A stretch of 64,000 bases of DNA from IMG/VR virus record IMGVR_UViG_3300025674_000002, one strand, 5' to 3'. Positions 1 through 9,802 of the stretch are shown in pieces. Below the pieces are notes generated by a model, which saw nothing but the letters and a program-made list of their open reading frames with translations, was not told the origin of the DNA and made no database searches. Each line of letters starts with the position of its first letter. Positions within the stretch are counted from its first letter, which is position 1. Source of the DNA: a virus. A program made the position numbers and the translations under genes.

Positions 1-399
1 ATCACCCGAGTCGATGGTGAGAGCGACGGAATAATCGCCTTCGAACAGATACAGGTCGATCAGACCAGCCGACGTGGCGGGACCAGTAATGGTCAGGTCG
101 TAGACGGCTGCGACGCCAGCAGCGGGGTCTTCACGCGGAAGGGCGTGGACCTCGATGTTTTTCGGACATTCGCAGAAAATCTTCTTCAGCGACTCAGCGA
201 GAACCGAACCAGCGCCGAAGCGGCAGTCGACATCGCGGAGGCTCGTGACCGGGACGATCTGGTCGGCGACGACCGTGCAGCCTTCGCCGGGATCATAGAA
301 CTGACCTTCCACGAGAACACGGCACTTGCCGTCGTAGAAGTTCAGCGACGGATCGATGCAGAGCTGCACGAAGCCGTCGGAGAGCACATCCTGTGGCAT
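1..399 (-). CDS. contractile tail sheath protein, N-terminal part (gene runs off the left edge)
   Basis: ATG at 399-397 behind AAAGGAAACACA; frame stays open to position 1 with G/C-rich third positions; MPQDVLSDGF..RFGAGSVLAESL..AAVYDLTITGPATSAGLIDLYLFEGDYSVALTIDSGD looks like N-termini of P2 FI / Mu L type sheaths; follows Mu gp36-38-like genes. Confidence 0.55.
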   Translation of the reverse strand, partial: MPQDVLSDGFVQLCIDPSLNFYDGKCRVLVEGQFYDPGEGCTVVADQIVPVTSLRDVDCRFGAGSVLAESLKKIFCECPKNIEVHALPREDPAAGVAAVYDLTITGPATSAGLIDLYLFEGDYSVALTIDSGD

Positions 400-420
400 T
401 GTGTTTCCTTTCTTCGAGTC

Positions 421-660
421 TTAGTTCGACGACCGAGTGCGCTTCGTCTTGGTGGTCGTTTCATCATCCGGCGGCGGAGGAGGAGTTTCCTCGACCACGT
501 GCGGATTACCATAGGTCAGGACGATATCGCCCTGAGCTGCCATCTTCTGCAGCCATGGCGAAACCACGACTGTGATGGGAGCACCCACCGGGATGAGCTT
601 GCCGCCGACCGGATGCGTGAATGCGATCCGACCTTCCACGGCCTGGGCGGTACCGATCAT
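421..660 (-). CDS. small tail-module protein, Mu gp38 (DUF2635)-like
   Basis: ATGA start/stop overlap with upstream gene at 657-660; MIGTAQAVEGRIAFTHPVGGKLIPVGAPITVVVSPWLQKMAAQGDIVL fits the short protein found just upstream of sheath genes in Mu-like tails. Confidence 0.45.
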   Translation of the reverse strand: MIGTAQAVEGRIAFTHPVGGKLIPVGAPITVVVSPWLQKMAAQGDIVLTYGNPHVVEETPPPPPDDETTTKTKRTRSSN

Positions 661-1232
661 GGACACGTTTCCTTCTCTTTTTCCTTGCATTCTGCGCATT
701 CATCATCGCAGTACGGCTGCGGAGGAACCTGGAGGCAACTGGTAATCACCAGCGGTTTGCCATCCAGGGTAGGCGAGCAGTCGTCTTCCATCTCGTCGTC
801 CGGACACCATTCGTAGGTGTGTGTGAAACGGAATGTCAGAACAGCTGCAAACTGGGTGCTGTCGGTTTCCAACGAAACGTACTTCAGACGCTGCTGGCGT
901 GACGACACAAAATTGGGGAGGTTTGACAGGATCATGTTCCTGATCGAGTCATAGTCGTAGAAAGCCCAGAACGGTGCGCCACCTTCGATCTGGTACTTTG
1001 TAGGCTCCATCCAGAATTCGACGATAAAATCTTCGGTGATTTTCGGAGACGCATTGGTCTGCGGGTTATGTTCTGCCGTCTCCCGAATAAGCGCCAGCAT
1101 GGCCAGCGGAAGCGTAGGTACGTTGTCGCCCGTGATATCGGAGTCCAGAACGGCGACGACTCGGTTTTCCATCTTGGGAAACCAAATCTTCAGCGCCGAA
1201 GCGAACTCAAGCAGGATCGAAGTAAACTTCAT
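657..1232 (-). CDS. hypothetical neck/tail-completion protein (Mu gp37-like position), Cys-rich acidic C-terminus
   Basis: 191-aa ORF with 4-nt overlaps to both neighbours; lies between gp10-like gene and gp38-like/sheath genes; ends CDDECAECKEKEKETCP. Confidence 0.4.
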   Translation of the reverse strand: MKFTSILLEFASALKIWFPKMENRVVAVLDSDITGDNVPTLPLAMLALIRETAEHNPQTNASPKITEDFIVEFWMEPTKYQIEGGAPFWAFYDYDSIRNMILSNLPNFVSSRQQRLKYVSLETDSTQFAAVLTFRFTHTYEWCPDDEMEDDCSPTLDGKPLVITSCLQVPPQPYCDDECAECKEKEKETCP

Positions 1233-1711
1233 TTACCAGCTTTCCAACGAACGAACCCACGCAGTTCTTCCCGCGTATGGGGCAGTGCTTCCTGAAGCGC
1301 GTGCCGAGCGGATTTACGTTCGGCGATACGCTTTGTACCTTCAGCCAGATACACCGCATATGGAACCTGCGCTCCGATGGTCATGCGGTATGCCTGGGTA
1401 GTAGCGCTGATCGAGCGCTTGTATGCCTGTGTACGGTTGGCGGGATACTCGCCGGGGGCAGAAGCTCGCCATGACTTGCCTTTACGGGTGTACAAACGAC
1501 CCGACTTTGGAGCGTTCATACCATCGACGTAGTTCTTCTTCGCCGCCTTAGCGGTGGCGATGATAAACGCACGCGGACGAAGCGTGTCCTTGTACGTAGA
1601 GAAGTAGCCAGCCGGCTTGAAACTAAACACTTTCCGGCCAATCCTGTTGCATAGGCACCACTCCAAAGGCCGGGGCCTTCTGTGGAGACTCAGGTGGGCT
1701 CGCGACCTCAC
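1229..1711 (-). CDS. HK97 gp10-family head-tail joining protein
   Basis: SAPGEYPANRTQAYKRSI..GAQVPYAVYLAEGTKR is the gp10-family signature; first ATG (1711) overlaps the upstream gene by 89 nt, so a GTG at 1630 is the more likely start. Confidence 0.6.
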   Translation of the reverse strand: MRSRAHLSLHRRPRPLEWCLCNRIGRKVFSFKPAGYFSTYKDTLRPRAFIIATAKAAKKNYVDGMNAPKSGRLYTRKGKSWRASAPGEYPANRTQAYKRSISATTQAYRMTIGAQVPYAVYLAEGTKRIAERKSARHALQEALPHTREELRGFVRWKAGK

Positions 1712-2105
1712 TCTGCTGGGTCAAGCGAACCTTGAATTCCCAGTACCGACTGTCTTGCTGGTAGTCGTTCACTCCCAGGATTTTGTACCACTTGGGAGCG
1801 GATTTTCTACGCGCCTCGTAAATCCACGCGCTAGCGCGGATATCGATGTCAGGACGGTAGTTCATGTAGATGCAATGAGTCGGAGAATTCCGCGTATCGT
1901 TGGTTCCTTCCAACGACAGGGTCATGCCGTCCGCACCTGCCTGAAAACTGGGCTTGTAGTCCTCGATGAAAGCCCACGCTTCGTATACAGCTTCCTTCTT
2001 TATTGTGATCTCGGATGCGCTCACGACGATATCTTTCGCGGACGCAAGGGTGACGCGATGGCTGAAGTCCTTCATGCTGATATGTTTCGGATACTTCAGT
2101 CGCAT
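1623..2105 (-). CDS. head-tail adaptor / head-closure protein
   Basis: 160-aa ORF between connector-like and gp10-like genes; HRVTL..beta-rich pattern typical of Phage_H_T_join-type proteins; ATG overlaps stop of the upstream gene at 2105. Confidence 0.5.
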   Translation of the reverse strand: MRLKYPKHISMKDFSHRVTLASAKDIVVSASEITIKKEAVYEAWAFIEDYKPSFQAGADGMTLSLEGTNDTRNSPTHCIYMNYRPDIDIRASAWIYEARRKSAPKWYKILGVNDYQQDSRYWEFKVRLTQQSEVASPPESPQKAPAFGVVPMQQDWPESV

Positions 2106-2731
2106 TACTTTGTCCTGTACAACCGCCAGGTTTCGACAGCGCCAGATGCCCAGGCGCCATTGTTGGTACCGATCAGTTCACCCGAGTCCGACTTTGCGAA
2201 CCGGTTGCGAACCGTCATGATCTCATCACCCGGATGAGCGATCATCCAAGCAATGTATTTCAGAATACCAACGAGAATACCCGCCGGAATATCATCCTTA
2301 TTGTTGTTACCCACCTTGTAGTGAACGTATGTACCTTGCTGTCCGCTCGATGCGCAAGGATCGCAACAACCCATAATGTCGCTCACAAGCGGGAAATATG
2401 GAAGACGAACCTTCGTACTCCCCGGCTCGACGCGGATGAAGTGGTTTCCATGTTCTCCCGACATCCGAATATAGCCGTCGGCTGCCGGAAAATCCAACCG
2501 AACTTTCTGTCCCTGGCGAAACCGATGGCGGCTCGGACGCTGGCGGATCGGCTGGGAGTATTCTTCCAGACAAGTCCACTTCCGGCCGGTGTAGATATCC
2601 GCCGTTTCGAACGCATGCTCCCGATACAGCTTGATCTGATCATCAGTTACACGAATGACGTCATCCGTCTTCGTATGAGTACGGATGAATTCGACCGGAA
2701 GCAGTTCTTCGAGATCGAGGCACGCGTCCAT
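2105..2731 (-). CDS. head-tail connector protein (gp6-like)
   Basis: N-terminus LDLEELLPVEFIRTHTKTDDVIRVTDDQIKLYREHAFETADIYTGRKW matches the gp6-like connector pattern (LEE.K.HLR.DD..D..I..). Confidence 0.55.
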   Translation of the reverse strand: MDACLDLEELLPVEFIRTHTKTDDVIRVTDDQIKLYREHAFETADIYTGRKWTCLEEYSQPIRQRPSRHRFRQGQKVRLDFPAADGYIRMSGEHGNHFIRVEPGSTKVRLPYFPLVSDIMGCCDPCASSGQQGTYVHYKVGNNNKDDIPAGILVGILKYIAWMIAHPGDEIMTVRNRFAKSDSGELIGTNNGAWASGAVETWRLYRTK

Positions 2732-2732
2732 A

Positions 2733-3464
2733 TTAGCAGGTTCCGATCTTCAGGTCGTAGCACGAAATGTGCGAGTAGCAACCGCGGTTGCAGTCGACGG
2801 CGGACTGCTTGACCGTGATACGGAAGTTCTCGCACGACTGAGCACGAGGTGAGATTTCCACCGGGAACTGCAGCATGTGCAGGCGCGAATTGACGTTCAC
2901 GCGGTCACGCGGAATGCGGACAGCGGGTGTGAAGGGCTTCTGGATCGCGTCGCCGACGACCTGGCCGTTGGCCAGCATCTGGATTTGCACCTCGTAGATT
3001 TTGGTGCGCTTCTGATCGTCTTCCATCTGATACCAGAAGGAGTCGTAACCCACGTAACCACCATTGGGTGTGTACGAATAGGTTCCATCGGCGTTGACTT
3101 CGACCGTGCCCTTGTAGGGTCCAGCAAGCGGGACCCGAGAATAGGTGAATGAGCCGCCGGAAGGAGCCGCATTGGTTGCGACCGTGCCTGCCGTGGCGCC
3201 GGCGCCGAATACGATCGGCAAGAAATAGTCGGTGTTGCTGGGCTCCGGATCGCTCGAGCTCGACGGGCAGGTGCTCGTCATCTCGATCTCGAACTCGGTA
3301 CCGCAAGCGAGGCCGGGACCACCGATGGGAACCGACCACGGAGCATAGTTGATCGACCAGAGATTGGTTTCCCCCGGACGACCAAACGCGGGCTGACAGC
3401 AGCAAGTCGGACACGCTGTGCCCTGCGCATAGGAGTCACGAGGATCAACAGTGAACGAATGCAT
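2733..3464 (-). CDS. virion-associated protein with cadherin/Ig-like domain and Cys-rich termini
   Basis: FTYSRVPLAGPYKGTVEVNADGTYSYTPNGGYVGYDSFWYQMED is a bacterial cadherin-like/Ig-like repeat signature; Cys clusters at both ends (CPTCCCQ.., ..CNRGCYSHISCYDLKIGTC). Confidence 0.4.
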   Translation of the reverse strand: MHSFTVDPRDSYAQGTACPTCCCQPAFGRPGETNLWSINYAPWSVPIGGPGLACGTEFEIEMTSTCPSSSSDPEPSNTDYFLPIVFGAGATAGTVATNAAPSGGSFTYSRVPLAGPYKGTVEVNADGTYSYTPNGGYVGYDSFWYQMEDDQKRTKIYEVQIQMLANGQVVGDAIQKPFTPAVRIPRDRVNVNSRLHMLQFPVEISPRAQSCENFRITVKQSAVDCNRGCYSHISCYDLKIGTC

Positions 3465-3596
3465 GCTATCAACCCGCTATAGGAGTGAGAAAGCTTCAGC
3501 TGCCGATTAACGGCAGGTGAAACAGGGCGGAGAGGCCAGGACCGACGGCGTCAGCGGACCGCAGGCCTTGGGGGAGCAAATCAGCTTCAGCATAGC

Positions 3597-4178
3597 TTAC
3601 CTTCTTTTCTTCTTCGGAGTCGGGGCTTCTTCCTCCGTAACGGACTCCGTGGTCGTCTCGGAGGTTTCCTCGGTCGTCTCCTCGCTGGGAGTTTCCTCGG
3701 AAGCGGTCTCTTCCGCCGACGAAGTTTCCTCGGTCGACGTTTCTTCCACCGTAGGCGTCTCCTCGGTCGGAGTCTCCTCAGTGGTCATGTCACCCCCGGT
3801 CTCATCGGGAGTGTCATTCTGTGGACCAAGGGTATTGTCCTCGGTCACATCCGGGGTGTCCGGTGTATCATCCGTCTCGTTGTCGTCCGGGACAAATTGC
3901 GAATCGATCCAAGCCTGGACCTTTTCATTCCATTCCTGGACCTGAGTCTCCGTCGGATGACGAGCATATCCCTTGCCGACCATGACCATGGCGACGTCGG
4001 GGCGAATGACGGCGATATCACCTTCCCAGATGATGTGCTGAACCGGTCCATGGACTTTGGCCATGAACTCGAAGGACCGGGTGCCGTCAACGTGCTCGTT
4101 CCACCGGAGCGGCGAGACGCCGAATAGCCCGGAAGGCGTCTCGGAAATGCCGTCGGACCTCGTATGCAGTTTTTCCAT
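3597..4178 (-). CDS. hypothetical protein with Glu/Thr-rich acidic repeat tail
   Basis: C-terminal EETPTEETPTVEETSTEETSSAEETASEETPSEETTEETSETTTE..KKKRR; internal ATG at 4064 would avoid the 92-nt overlap with the upstream ORF. Confidence 0.5.
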   Translation of the reverse strand: MEKLHTRSDGISETPSGLFGVSPLRWNEHVDGTRSFEFMAKVHGPVQHIIWEGDIAVIRPDVAMVMVGKGYARHPTETQVQEWNEKVQAWIDSQFVPDDNETDDTPDTPDVTEDNTLGPQNDTPDETGGDMTTEETPTEETPTVEETSTEETSSAEETASEETPSEETTEETSETTTESVTEEEAPTPKKKRR

Positions 4179-4500
4179 ATCTGGAAATCCTTACTTTGGG
4201 GCGGAGCTCGCTTTCTCTGTCGTACTCCTGGCGGACTTGAATGCGCATTGCCTCGCGCACGGTGAATTCTGCAACATGCTTCTTGCGAAGCGGACTGACC
4301 CACATGATCATGGGCGAGAGCATCATCGGGCGGTCTGCCTCCACGTCGAGATGCTCATTTTCTACGAAGGGCGAAAACAAATCTGTCCCACCCTGCGCAC
4401 ACCAGACGCTAAGTCTGATCTTGTCCTCTCCCCGAAGGCGAGAGAAGATGCGGACAGTATCACCTGCCCGCACCGCTTTTTCAGCTATGACCCGGCGCAC
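4087..4500 (-). CDS. hypothetical protein (capsid module)
   Basis: 137-aa ORF starting 1 nt after the stop of the upstream gene; no recognisable motif. Confidence 0.45.
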   Translation of the reverse strand: MRRVIAEKAVRAGDTVRIFSRLRGEDKIRLSVWCAQGGTDLFSPFVENEHLDVEADRPMMLSPMIMWVSPLRKKHVAEFTVREAMRIQVRQEYDRESELRPKVRISRYGKTAYEVRRHFRDAFRAIRRLAAPVERAR

Positions 4501-4902
4501 TTAGCGCTTCGGACCATGCAGCACGAGGACGGCGTTGACGTTTTCGCCGCCGGAAATATGCTGCAGAGCGACGAACCGTCCGTTACGGCAGGGCAGAGCC
4601 ACCGAACAGAAGGAGCCGGCTTCGGTACCCGACGGGATCACGATCTCGGCCGGAGTGCCATCGGCGATGACCTCGCCGACGCAGGTCGGGATTGCTTCGA
4701 CGGGAGCGAGATCGCCCGGAACGCAGTGATCGGCGTCCGAGCCGGGAGCCGCCTGGAAACGGAAGATCGCGTCGGCCGCCAGGGTCGTCTTGACCTCGAA
4801 CGTCCAGCCAAACTGGATGTGGTTGTAGATCGGCAGCGTACGAGCCGTCGTCCCATCCCACGCCACCAGGCCGGTCGTCGAGATTGCAGGATTGTTCTGC
4901 AT
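4501..4902 (-). CDS. hypothetical beta-rich protein next to the capsid gene (decoration/cement candidate)
   Basis: 133-aa ORF directly downstream of the major capsid gene; function inferred from position only. Confidence 0.5.
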   Translation of the reverse strand: MQNNPAISTTGLVAWDGTTARTLPIYNHIQFGWTFEVKTTLAADAIFRFQAAPGSDADHCVPGDLAPVEAIPTCVGEVIADGTPAEIVIPSGTEAGSFCSVALPCRNGRFVALQHISGGENVNAVLVLHGPKR

Positions 4903-4966
4903 ACTCTCTTTCCTTCTGAATGCCTAGGCCGGATGGCCTAAGCGGTTACGTTTCAGCCGGCTGGGA

Positions 4967-6463
4967 TTAGCCGACCTCGAGGACGCGGCCTGCTTCGCAG
5001 CAGCCGATGAAGGAGCCGTCTTCCGCACCGAACTGGTACTTGACGCACCAGGCCGACGAACCGCCGATGTACTGCTCCATGAACATCGGTTTCTTGTTGA
5101 CGGCCTTGTAGGCCATGTCCCAGTTCGCAGCGGCAGCGAGGAAGGCGCCGGGCACGAACGGATTGGCGGCGGAACCGCGGGTATTGTCTTCCGTGGCATC
5201 CGGGAGACAGTTCGAGATGCGGATGCGCTCGCGCGTATCATCCGGCGAGAAGGTCATTTCGCCGTCGCCGAAGATGAAGCGGCCGTTGTTGTCCGTCGAT
5301 GCCGCCAGGTAGGCGAACATGTTCTGGTGCATGGTCGCGAGGACCTGGCCGTACTCGATCGGCGCCGTCGACAGGAAGCGACGGAAGTCGACGTGGTTGA
5401 AGCTCGGCGCAGCCGAACCACCTTCGCTCAGAACACGCTGCGGCGTCGAAATCCGCTTGAAGCAGTCGGCCGTCAGCCAGCCCTGGGGCTCGTTGACGCC
5501 GTCGCCGACGATGAGCGCACGGTTCCGGTTGATGCGGTAGGAACGCTGGATCGAGCGGATCATGAAGTCGAGGAAGTCGTAGTTCGACTCGGCGAGCACC
5601 TTCTTGTTCAGGCAGAACACGCCGCGCCAGTCGTACGTCTGGCCGTTGAGCCAGCGAATGTTCCCTTCCGGACCGTATTCGGCGTCGCACTTGGCGTCGC
5701 AGTCGTACTTGCCGATATCGCCGTAGGACTCGACCCGCGGGTAGAGATAGGACGACTTCGTGACCGACACCTGGCCGTACATGTCGAGCAGGTATCCGCA
5801 TTCGACGTTGCAGTCGATCTCCAGGCCGAGCAGTTCCGGCATGAAGAAGGCGTTGTCGAGGCCGGCGGCTTCGAAGGCCTTCTTCTCCGACTCGTCGAAC
5901 GAGCGGATCACGCGCTCCGGCGTCTCGAGACCGATGGCCGTCATCTTCTGGGCGACGCGGCGATAGACGTTCATGTCGACCAGGTTGTCCAGGTCCGCCT
6001 TGAACTCCTTCGGTTCACCGCCCTTGCTGATGAAAAGCCGGCGCTGCAGTTCGATCGCGTTCTTCCGGTCGACGTCGGCGAGCTCGGAGCCGCCCTTGTT
6101 GATCGGCGCGTCGAGCTGCTTCTTGACCATGTCGACGGTCGAGGTCAGCTGCTGGGTCAGCGCCGTGAGTTCGGCGTATTCCTTCGCGTGCTGTTCGACG
6201 GTCTTCTTCAGGTCCTCGTTGTCGGACTTGACCCCATTGTAGTGGTTGTGGAGGTCCTTGTAGTGCTGGTCGGCGGTATCCTTCGCCGTCTTCAGCAGCT
6301 GGGTGACCTCGCTCAGCTCCTTCGACAGAGCCTCGACCGAGGCCTCGGCCGGCGGGGCGTCCTTCGTGATATACATGCCGGGGTACGCCAGCAGGGCGGC
6401 AGCGCCCATCAGTGCCAGTTTCGTCACGGTTTCATCCTTCCGTTTGTTGGACTGCCGACTCAC
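4967..6463 (-). CDS. major capsid protein, HK97 fold, with N-terminal coiled-coil delta domain
   Basis: 498 aa; long charged coiled-coil N-terminus then SSYLYPRVE.., LIVGDGVNEPQGWL, WCVKYQFGAEDG blocks typical of HK97-family capsids; follows the prohead protease gene. Confidence 0.9.
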   Translation of the reverse strand: MSRQSNKRKDETVTKLALMGAAALLAYPGMYITKDAPPAEASVEALSKELSEVTQLLKTAKDTADQHYKDLHNHYNGVKSDNEDLKKTVEQHAKEYAELTALTQQLTSTVDMVKKQLDAPINKGGSELADVDRKNAIELQRRLFISKGGEPKEFKADLDNLVDMNVYRRVAQKMTAIGLETPERVIRSFDESEKKAFEAAGLDNAFFMPELLGLEIDCNVECGYLLDMYGQVSVTKSSYLYPRVESYGDIGKYDCDAKCDAEYGPEGNIRWLNGQTYDWRGVFCLNKKVLAESNYDFLDFMIRSIQRSYRINRNRALIVGDGVNEPQGWLTADCFKRISTPQRVLSEGGSAAPSFNHVDFRRFLSTAPIEYGQVLATMHQNMFAYLAASTDNNGRFIFGDGEMTFSPDDTRERIRISNCLPDATEDNTRGSAANPFVPGAFLAAAANWDMAYKAVNKKPMFMEQYIGGSSAWCVKYQFGAEDGSFIGCCEAGRVLEVG

Positions 6464-7279
6464 TCAACGAGTGAGCATGGTCTTCAGTTCGGCGACCATG
6501 TTCGACAGAGTCTTCAGTTGATCGGCAGCCAACACGGGCTGTGTATCGGGGGCCGGGGGTGCTGCAGGAGCTGTTCCCGGCCCCTTTTGGAATATATGCA
6601 GCGCAGACTTCACCTCCTGAGTGATGCTGCGGGCATCATTCCTGCTCTTGACCAGCCCACGTGCAACGAGGAGTTTCTCGAAGTCCGCCACCGTAGTCGC
6701 GGGTCCGGGCTGGGAATTCTTCACGAAATCCATGGTGCATTCCTCGTTGCCGGGGAACGGAACCACAGAGACTTCGAACAGATCGCCCTTCTTGATGAGA
6801 AGGTATTCGAAGCCAGAGCTGTCCTCCTTGAACTCGTAGTCCTGGAGGGAGAAGCCGACGGAGAAATTCAGGCCGCCAGCCATCTTCGAAGCTTCGTACG
6901 CGTCGCGCACGTAGCTGATATTGAGATTGAGTTCGGCCTCGATCCAGAGGCGTTCGCCGCGGGTCTCGAGAACCTTGATGACGCCAGCGACCTTGTTCCA
7001 GTCGTGACCGATCAAGAGCTTGATGGACTTCGGTCCAGACAAGCCCTTGGCTGAAATGGCATCGTCGAACGCACCCTTCTGGACGACGTGACGGTAGGAG
7101 TCGAGGTCCGGCGTGGACGCCCAGCCTGCGATGTAGCCATCCGGGAGGTCTTCGCCGAGAGCTTTCAGCTCGGTATCGTTCGCCGGCATGAACTTCATCA
7201 TCGCGAAGTTCGGATGTTCTTTCCTCACCAGCGGGCGCTTGGCGTTCTTCGTGAGGTAGAGGTTCATGGCCCTATCCAT
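6464..7279 (-). CDS. HK97-family prohead protease
   Basis: YIAGWASTPDLDSYRHVVQKGAFDD..LLIGHDW..FSVGF..EVSVVPFPGNEEC matches S78-type prohead proteases; starts possible at 7279 or 7267 (ORF opens at 7327). Confidence 0.85.
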   Translation of the reverse strand: MDRAMNLYLTKNAKRPLVRKEHPNFAMMKFMPANDTELKALGEDLPDGYIAGWASTPDLDSYRHVVQKGAFDDAISAKGLSGPKSIKLLIGHDWNKVAGVIKVLETRGERLWIEAELNLNISYVRDAYEASKMAGGLNFSVGFSLQDYEFKEDSSGFEYLLIKKGDLFEVSVVPFPGNEECTMDFVKNSQPGPATTVADFEKLLVARGLVKSRNDARSITQEVKSALHIFQKGPGTAPAAPPAPDTQPVLAADQLKTLSNMVAELKTMLTR

Positions 7280-8573
7280 CGTTGTTGGGTTCCGTGCTGG
7301 CCTGCGAGTTGGGCTTCCTGCTCGCATTCTGCGCCCGCAGTGCTGCCTTCTGCTCAGGCGTCAGGGGTGGGAAACCGCACATTTGCCGTTTCTCATCCTC
7401 GGTCAAGAATTCGACCTTGTTGAGCTTCACGGCGCGGTCAGCTTTTACTTCTTCGAGAGCCGGGATGGTGTCCAGATCGAAGACGATCTCGTGACCTTCG
7501 TCACAGAGAGCCTGGGAAAGACCCTGCTGGATCGGTACGAGATAACCTGGGATGATCGTATCTTCCCAGAAAGACCGACGACTTTCGAGATAGTTGCCGG
7601 CAAATTTGGCACCGTCTTGCGCGCTCAAGCCCAAGAGCGAGATCGGAATGCCAAAGGAACCCGCGATGTGGCGGGCCATATCATCCATCGGAAGCTTCGA
7701 ATGGATGTCACTTAGATTGTTGTCCAGTTCATGAACATCGATCTTGGTGTTCGAGATCACGAGAACAGCGCCGCCCTCGTCTCCCCCAGGAGTCGTATCT
7801 TCCAAAAAGTCTTGGATAAACTTCTCCTGGTCTTCAGTCAGAGTCTTTTCCGACCCAACAATGTACTTCGAATTCGGCTGACCAGCGGCAGAGTCAATTG
7901 CCCGCTTCAGAAGCAGAGCGATGATCTCAGCAGGATATCCGATTGCATCGAGCGGAGTATTGAACCCTTTTGCCGTCGGAGAACCGGACAAGTTCGGCTT
8001 GATGATCTCCCAAGCATAGGACTTGGTCATCCGTCCTTGACCATTGGTGCCGTCAGTTGCGTTTTCACGCGTTGACAGAATTTCGTGGTTCGAAGCAGTA
8101 CCATATTTGTAGTGTTTGATCAGACCGCGATCCGTCAACACTGTTTCAAAGAACGATGCTTTGAGTGGGTACAAAGCATTCGGCTTTCCTTCTGTACCCA
8201 CACCTACCTTGAACGGTACGCGGCCGAACACAGCGCGGGTCATTGCAAGCCAGTACCGAAGCTCACCAGCCGTCATGTATCCATTCGGGCTTTCAAGAAC
8301 ATCGGAAATCTTGGAAGTCAAGGCCTTGTCGCGGCCAGTTCCTTCTTTCTTACGCACATACCAGTCGACGGCTGCGACAGACGTGGCGATCTTATCGATG
8401 CAACGAAACACCACTGGGTGTATCATTGCCTGTTCTGCAGCAAGGGACTGTGTGTACGAAATTCCCTTGATCGTTTGCCGTCCGAGCGAAGTCGAAAGGA
8501 GACGAGTCGGATCATCCGTAGGATTACGGTCCGTCTTCCTTCTGCGCTTCAGCTCAAAGCTGCCAATTCTCAT
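7272..8573 (-). CDS. portal protein (HK97 family)
   Basis: 433 aa between terL and protease; HIAGSFGIPISLLGL..FWEDTIIPGYL blocks typical of Phage_portal family. Confidence 0.85.
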   Translation of the reverse strand: MRIGSFELKRRRKTDRNPTDDPTRLLSTSLGRQTIKGISYTQSLAAEQAMIHPVVFRCIDKIATSVAAVDWYVRKKEGTGRDKALTSKISDVLESPNGYMTAGELRYWLAMTRAVFGRVPFKVGVGTEGKPNALYPLKASFFETVLTDRGLIKHYKYGTASNHEILSTRENATDGTNGQGRMTKSYAWEIIKPNLSGSPTAKGFNTPLDAIGYPAEIIALLLKRAIDSAAGQPNSKYIVGSEKTLTEDQEKFIQDFLEDTTPGGDEGGAVLVISNTKIDVHELDNNLSDIHSKLPMDDMARHIAGSFGIPISLLGLSAQDGAKFAGNYLESRRSFWEDTIIPGYLVPIQQGLSQALCDEGHEIVFDLDTIPALEEVKADRAVKLNKVEFLTEDEKRQMCGFPPLTPEQKAALRAQNASRKPNSQASTEPNNDG

Positions 8574-9802
8574 CGACGGCGACCTAACATTTTGAACCTA
8601 CGTATCTTCACACCGCCTGTCCGAACCGGCTCACTACCATAACGGATTGCGTCGATACAGTGGTTATCTTCATCTTCAGGAATCGGAAGTATCTTACCTG
8701 AAGGCTGCTCCGTCTTCCATGAATAAAGCCGAATTTCGTTCGCCGTGACCACACACTCTGGGTCGATGACGATCTCATATCCCTGCAACCAGGTAATGCC
8801 CTCACGAACAGAACCTGGACCTTTCTTAGCTGCCAATACCTGATAGCCATGGCCATTCAGGTAGTCAATCGTCTCTGGTCTGGAACTGTCCGCCATGATG
8901 GTGAACAGCCGGGACTCTGATACTGTACCCATCAGAGCAGGAAGCTGATCGATGGGCAATTTCGGGGCGACTGCCTCCGCCGCGATATAAATGATCTTCT
9001 CTTCTTCCAGAATGTACATTTTGATCAGAGCATTCGGATCATTCTGAAATCCGAAGTCCATGCCAAACCTTGGCGTTTCAGAATCAGAAATCTTTATGCG
9101 ATCAATACGCCAATTCTTGAAGATACGAGCTTCAACCTGCTGATCGTAATGACCCAACCAGATATGCTCGTACCGCTGCTTATCCTTCTTCTTCATCAGT
9201 TCCATTTCGGCGGGCATTTCCGTGATCCAGAACCACGGGTTGTCCTCGAAAGAAACTTCCTCAATGATAGCATCTTCAGGCGGGAACGGCCCTCTGAAGT
9301 ACTCGTCGATCGGATCATCCGGATTAACTGGGTTCCAGGAACACCAGATTTCCGAGCCAGGCTTACGAATAGTTGGAATGAGCAGGTCCAACGCCTTCTG
9401 GGAAACGTTCCTCGCTTCCTCGATCCAGCAGATATCTGCGCCTTCCAACGACTTCACTGAGTCTGGGTTACGGTCCAGACCAGTGAAAGTAATGCGACTT
9501 CCGTTTTTCTTACAAACAATCTCAGTCCGAAGGAACTCGAAGATGGATTCGAGTCCAAGAGCTTTGATTTTCTGCTCAAGCAACTCCTTCACGGAGTCCT
9601 TGATTGAATTCTGAAACTGACGCGCGCAAACCACACGCGTCTCTTTGTTAGCGCAAATCAGAGCAATTGCCATCGCAATCGCGTGAGATTTACCTCCGCC
9701 TCGGCCACCGTAGTATGCCTTGTAGCGGGCTTTCTCGAAGAGGCGAGCGTACTTCTCCGAGAATACAACTTCACCAGGACCCGGTGCTGCAGCGGGTACC
9801 AT
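8570..9802 (-). CDS. terL: terminase large subunit (PBSX/Terminase_3-like)
   Basis: Walker A YYGGRGGGKSH, CWIEEARNVS (Walker B region), WCSWNPVNPDDP, C-terminal nuclease-like half. Confidence 0.9.
   Translation of the reverse strand: MVPAAAPGPGEVVFSEKYARLFEKARYKAYYGGRGGGKSHAIAMAIALICANKETRVVCARQFQNSIKDSVKELLEQKIKALGLESIFEFLRTEIVCKKNGSRITFTGLDRNPDSVKSLEGADICWIEEARNVSQKALDLLIPTIRKPGSEIWCSWNPVNPDDPIDEYFRGPFPPEDAIIEEVSFEDNPWFWITEMPAEMELMKKKDKQRYEHIWLGHYDQQVEARIFKNWRIDRIKISDSETPRFGMDFGFQNDPNALIKMYILEEEKIIYIAAEAVAPKLPIDQLPALMGTVSESRLFTIMADSSRPETIDYLNGHGYQVLAAKKGPGSVREGITWLQGYEIVIDPECVVTANEIRLYSWKTEQPSGKILPIPEDEDNHCIDAIRYGSEPVRTGGVKIRRFKMLGRRR

Noticed and set aside
5327-7054. 575-aa plus-strand ORF (similar long ORFs at 52606-54318, 55401-56459, 51325-52479, 4057-4941 and 145-816)
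   Set aside because: These lie antisense to well-supported capsid, protease, tailspike, fibre, endolysin and sheath genes. The translations are Arg/Leu/Val/Asp-rich low-complexity strings typical of the reverse frame of GC-rich genes, and no SD is present.
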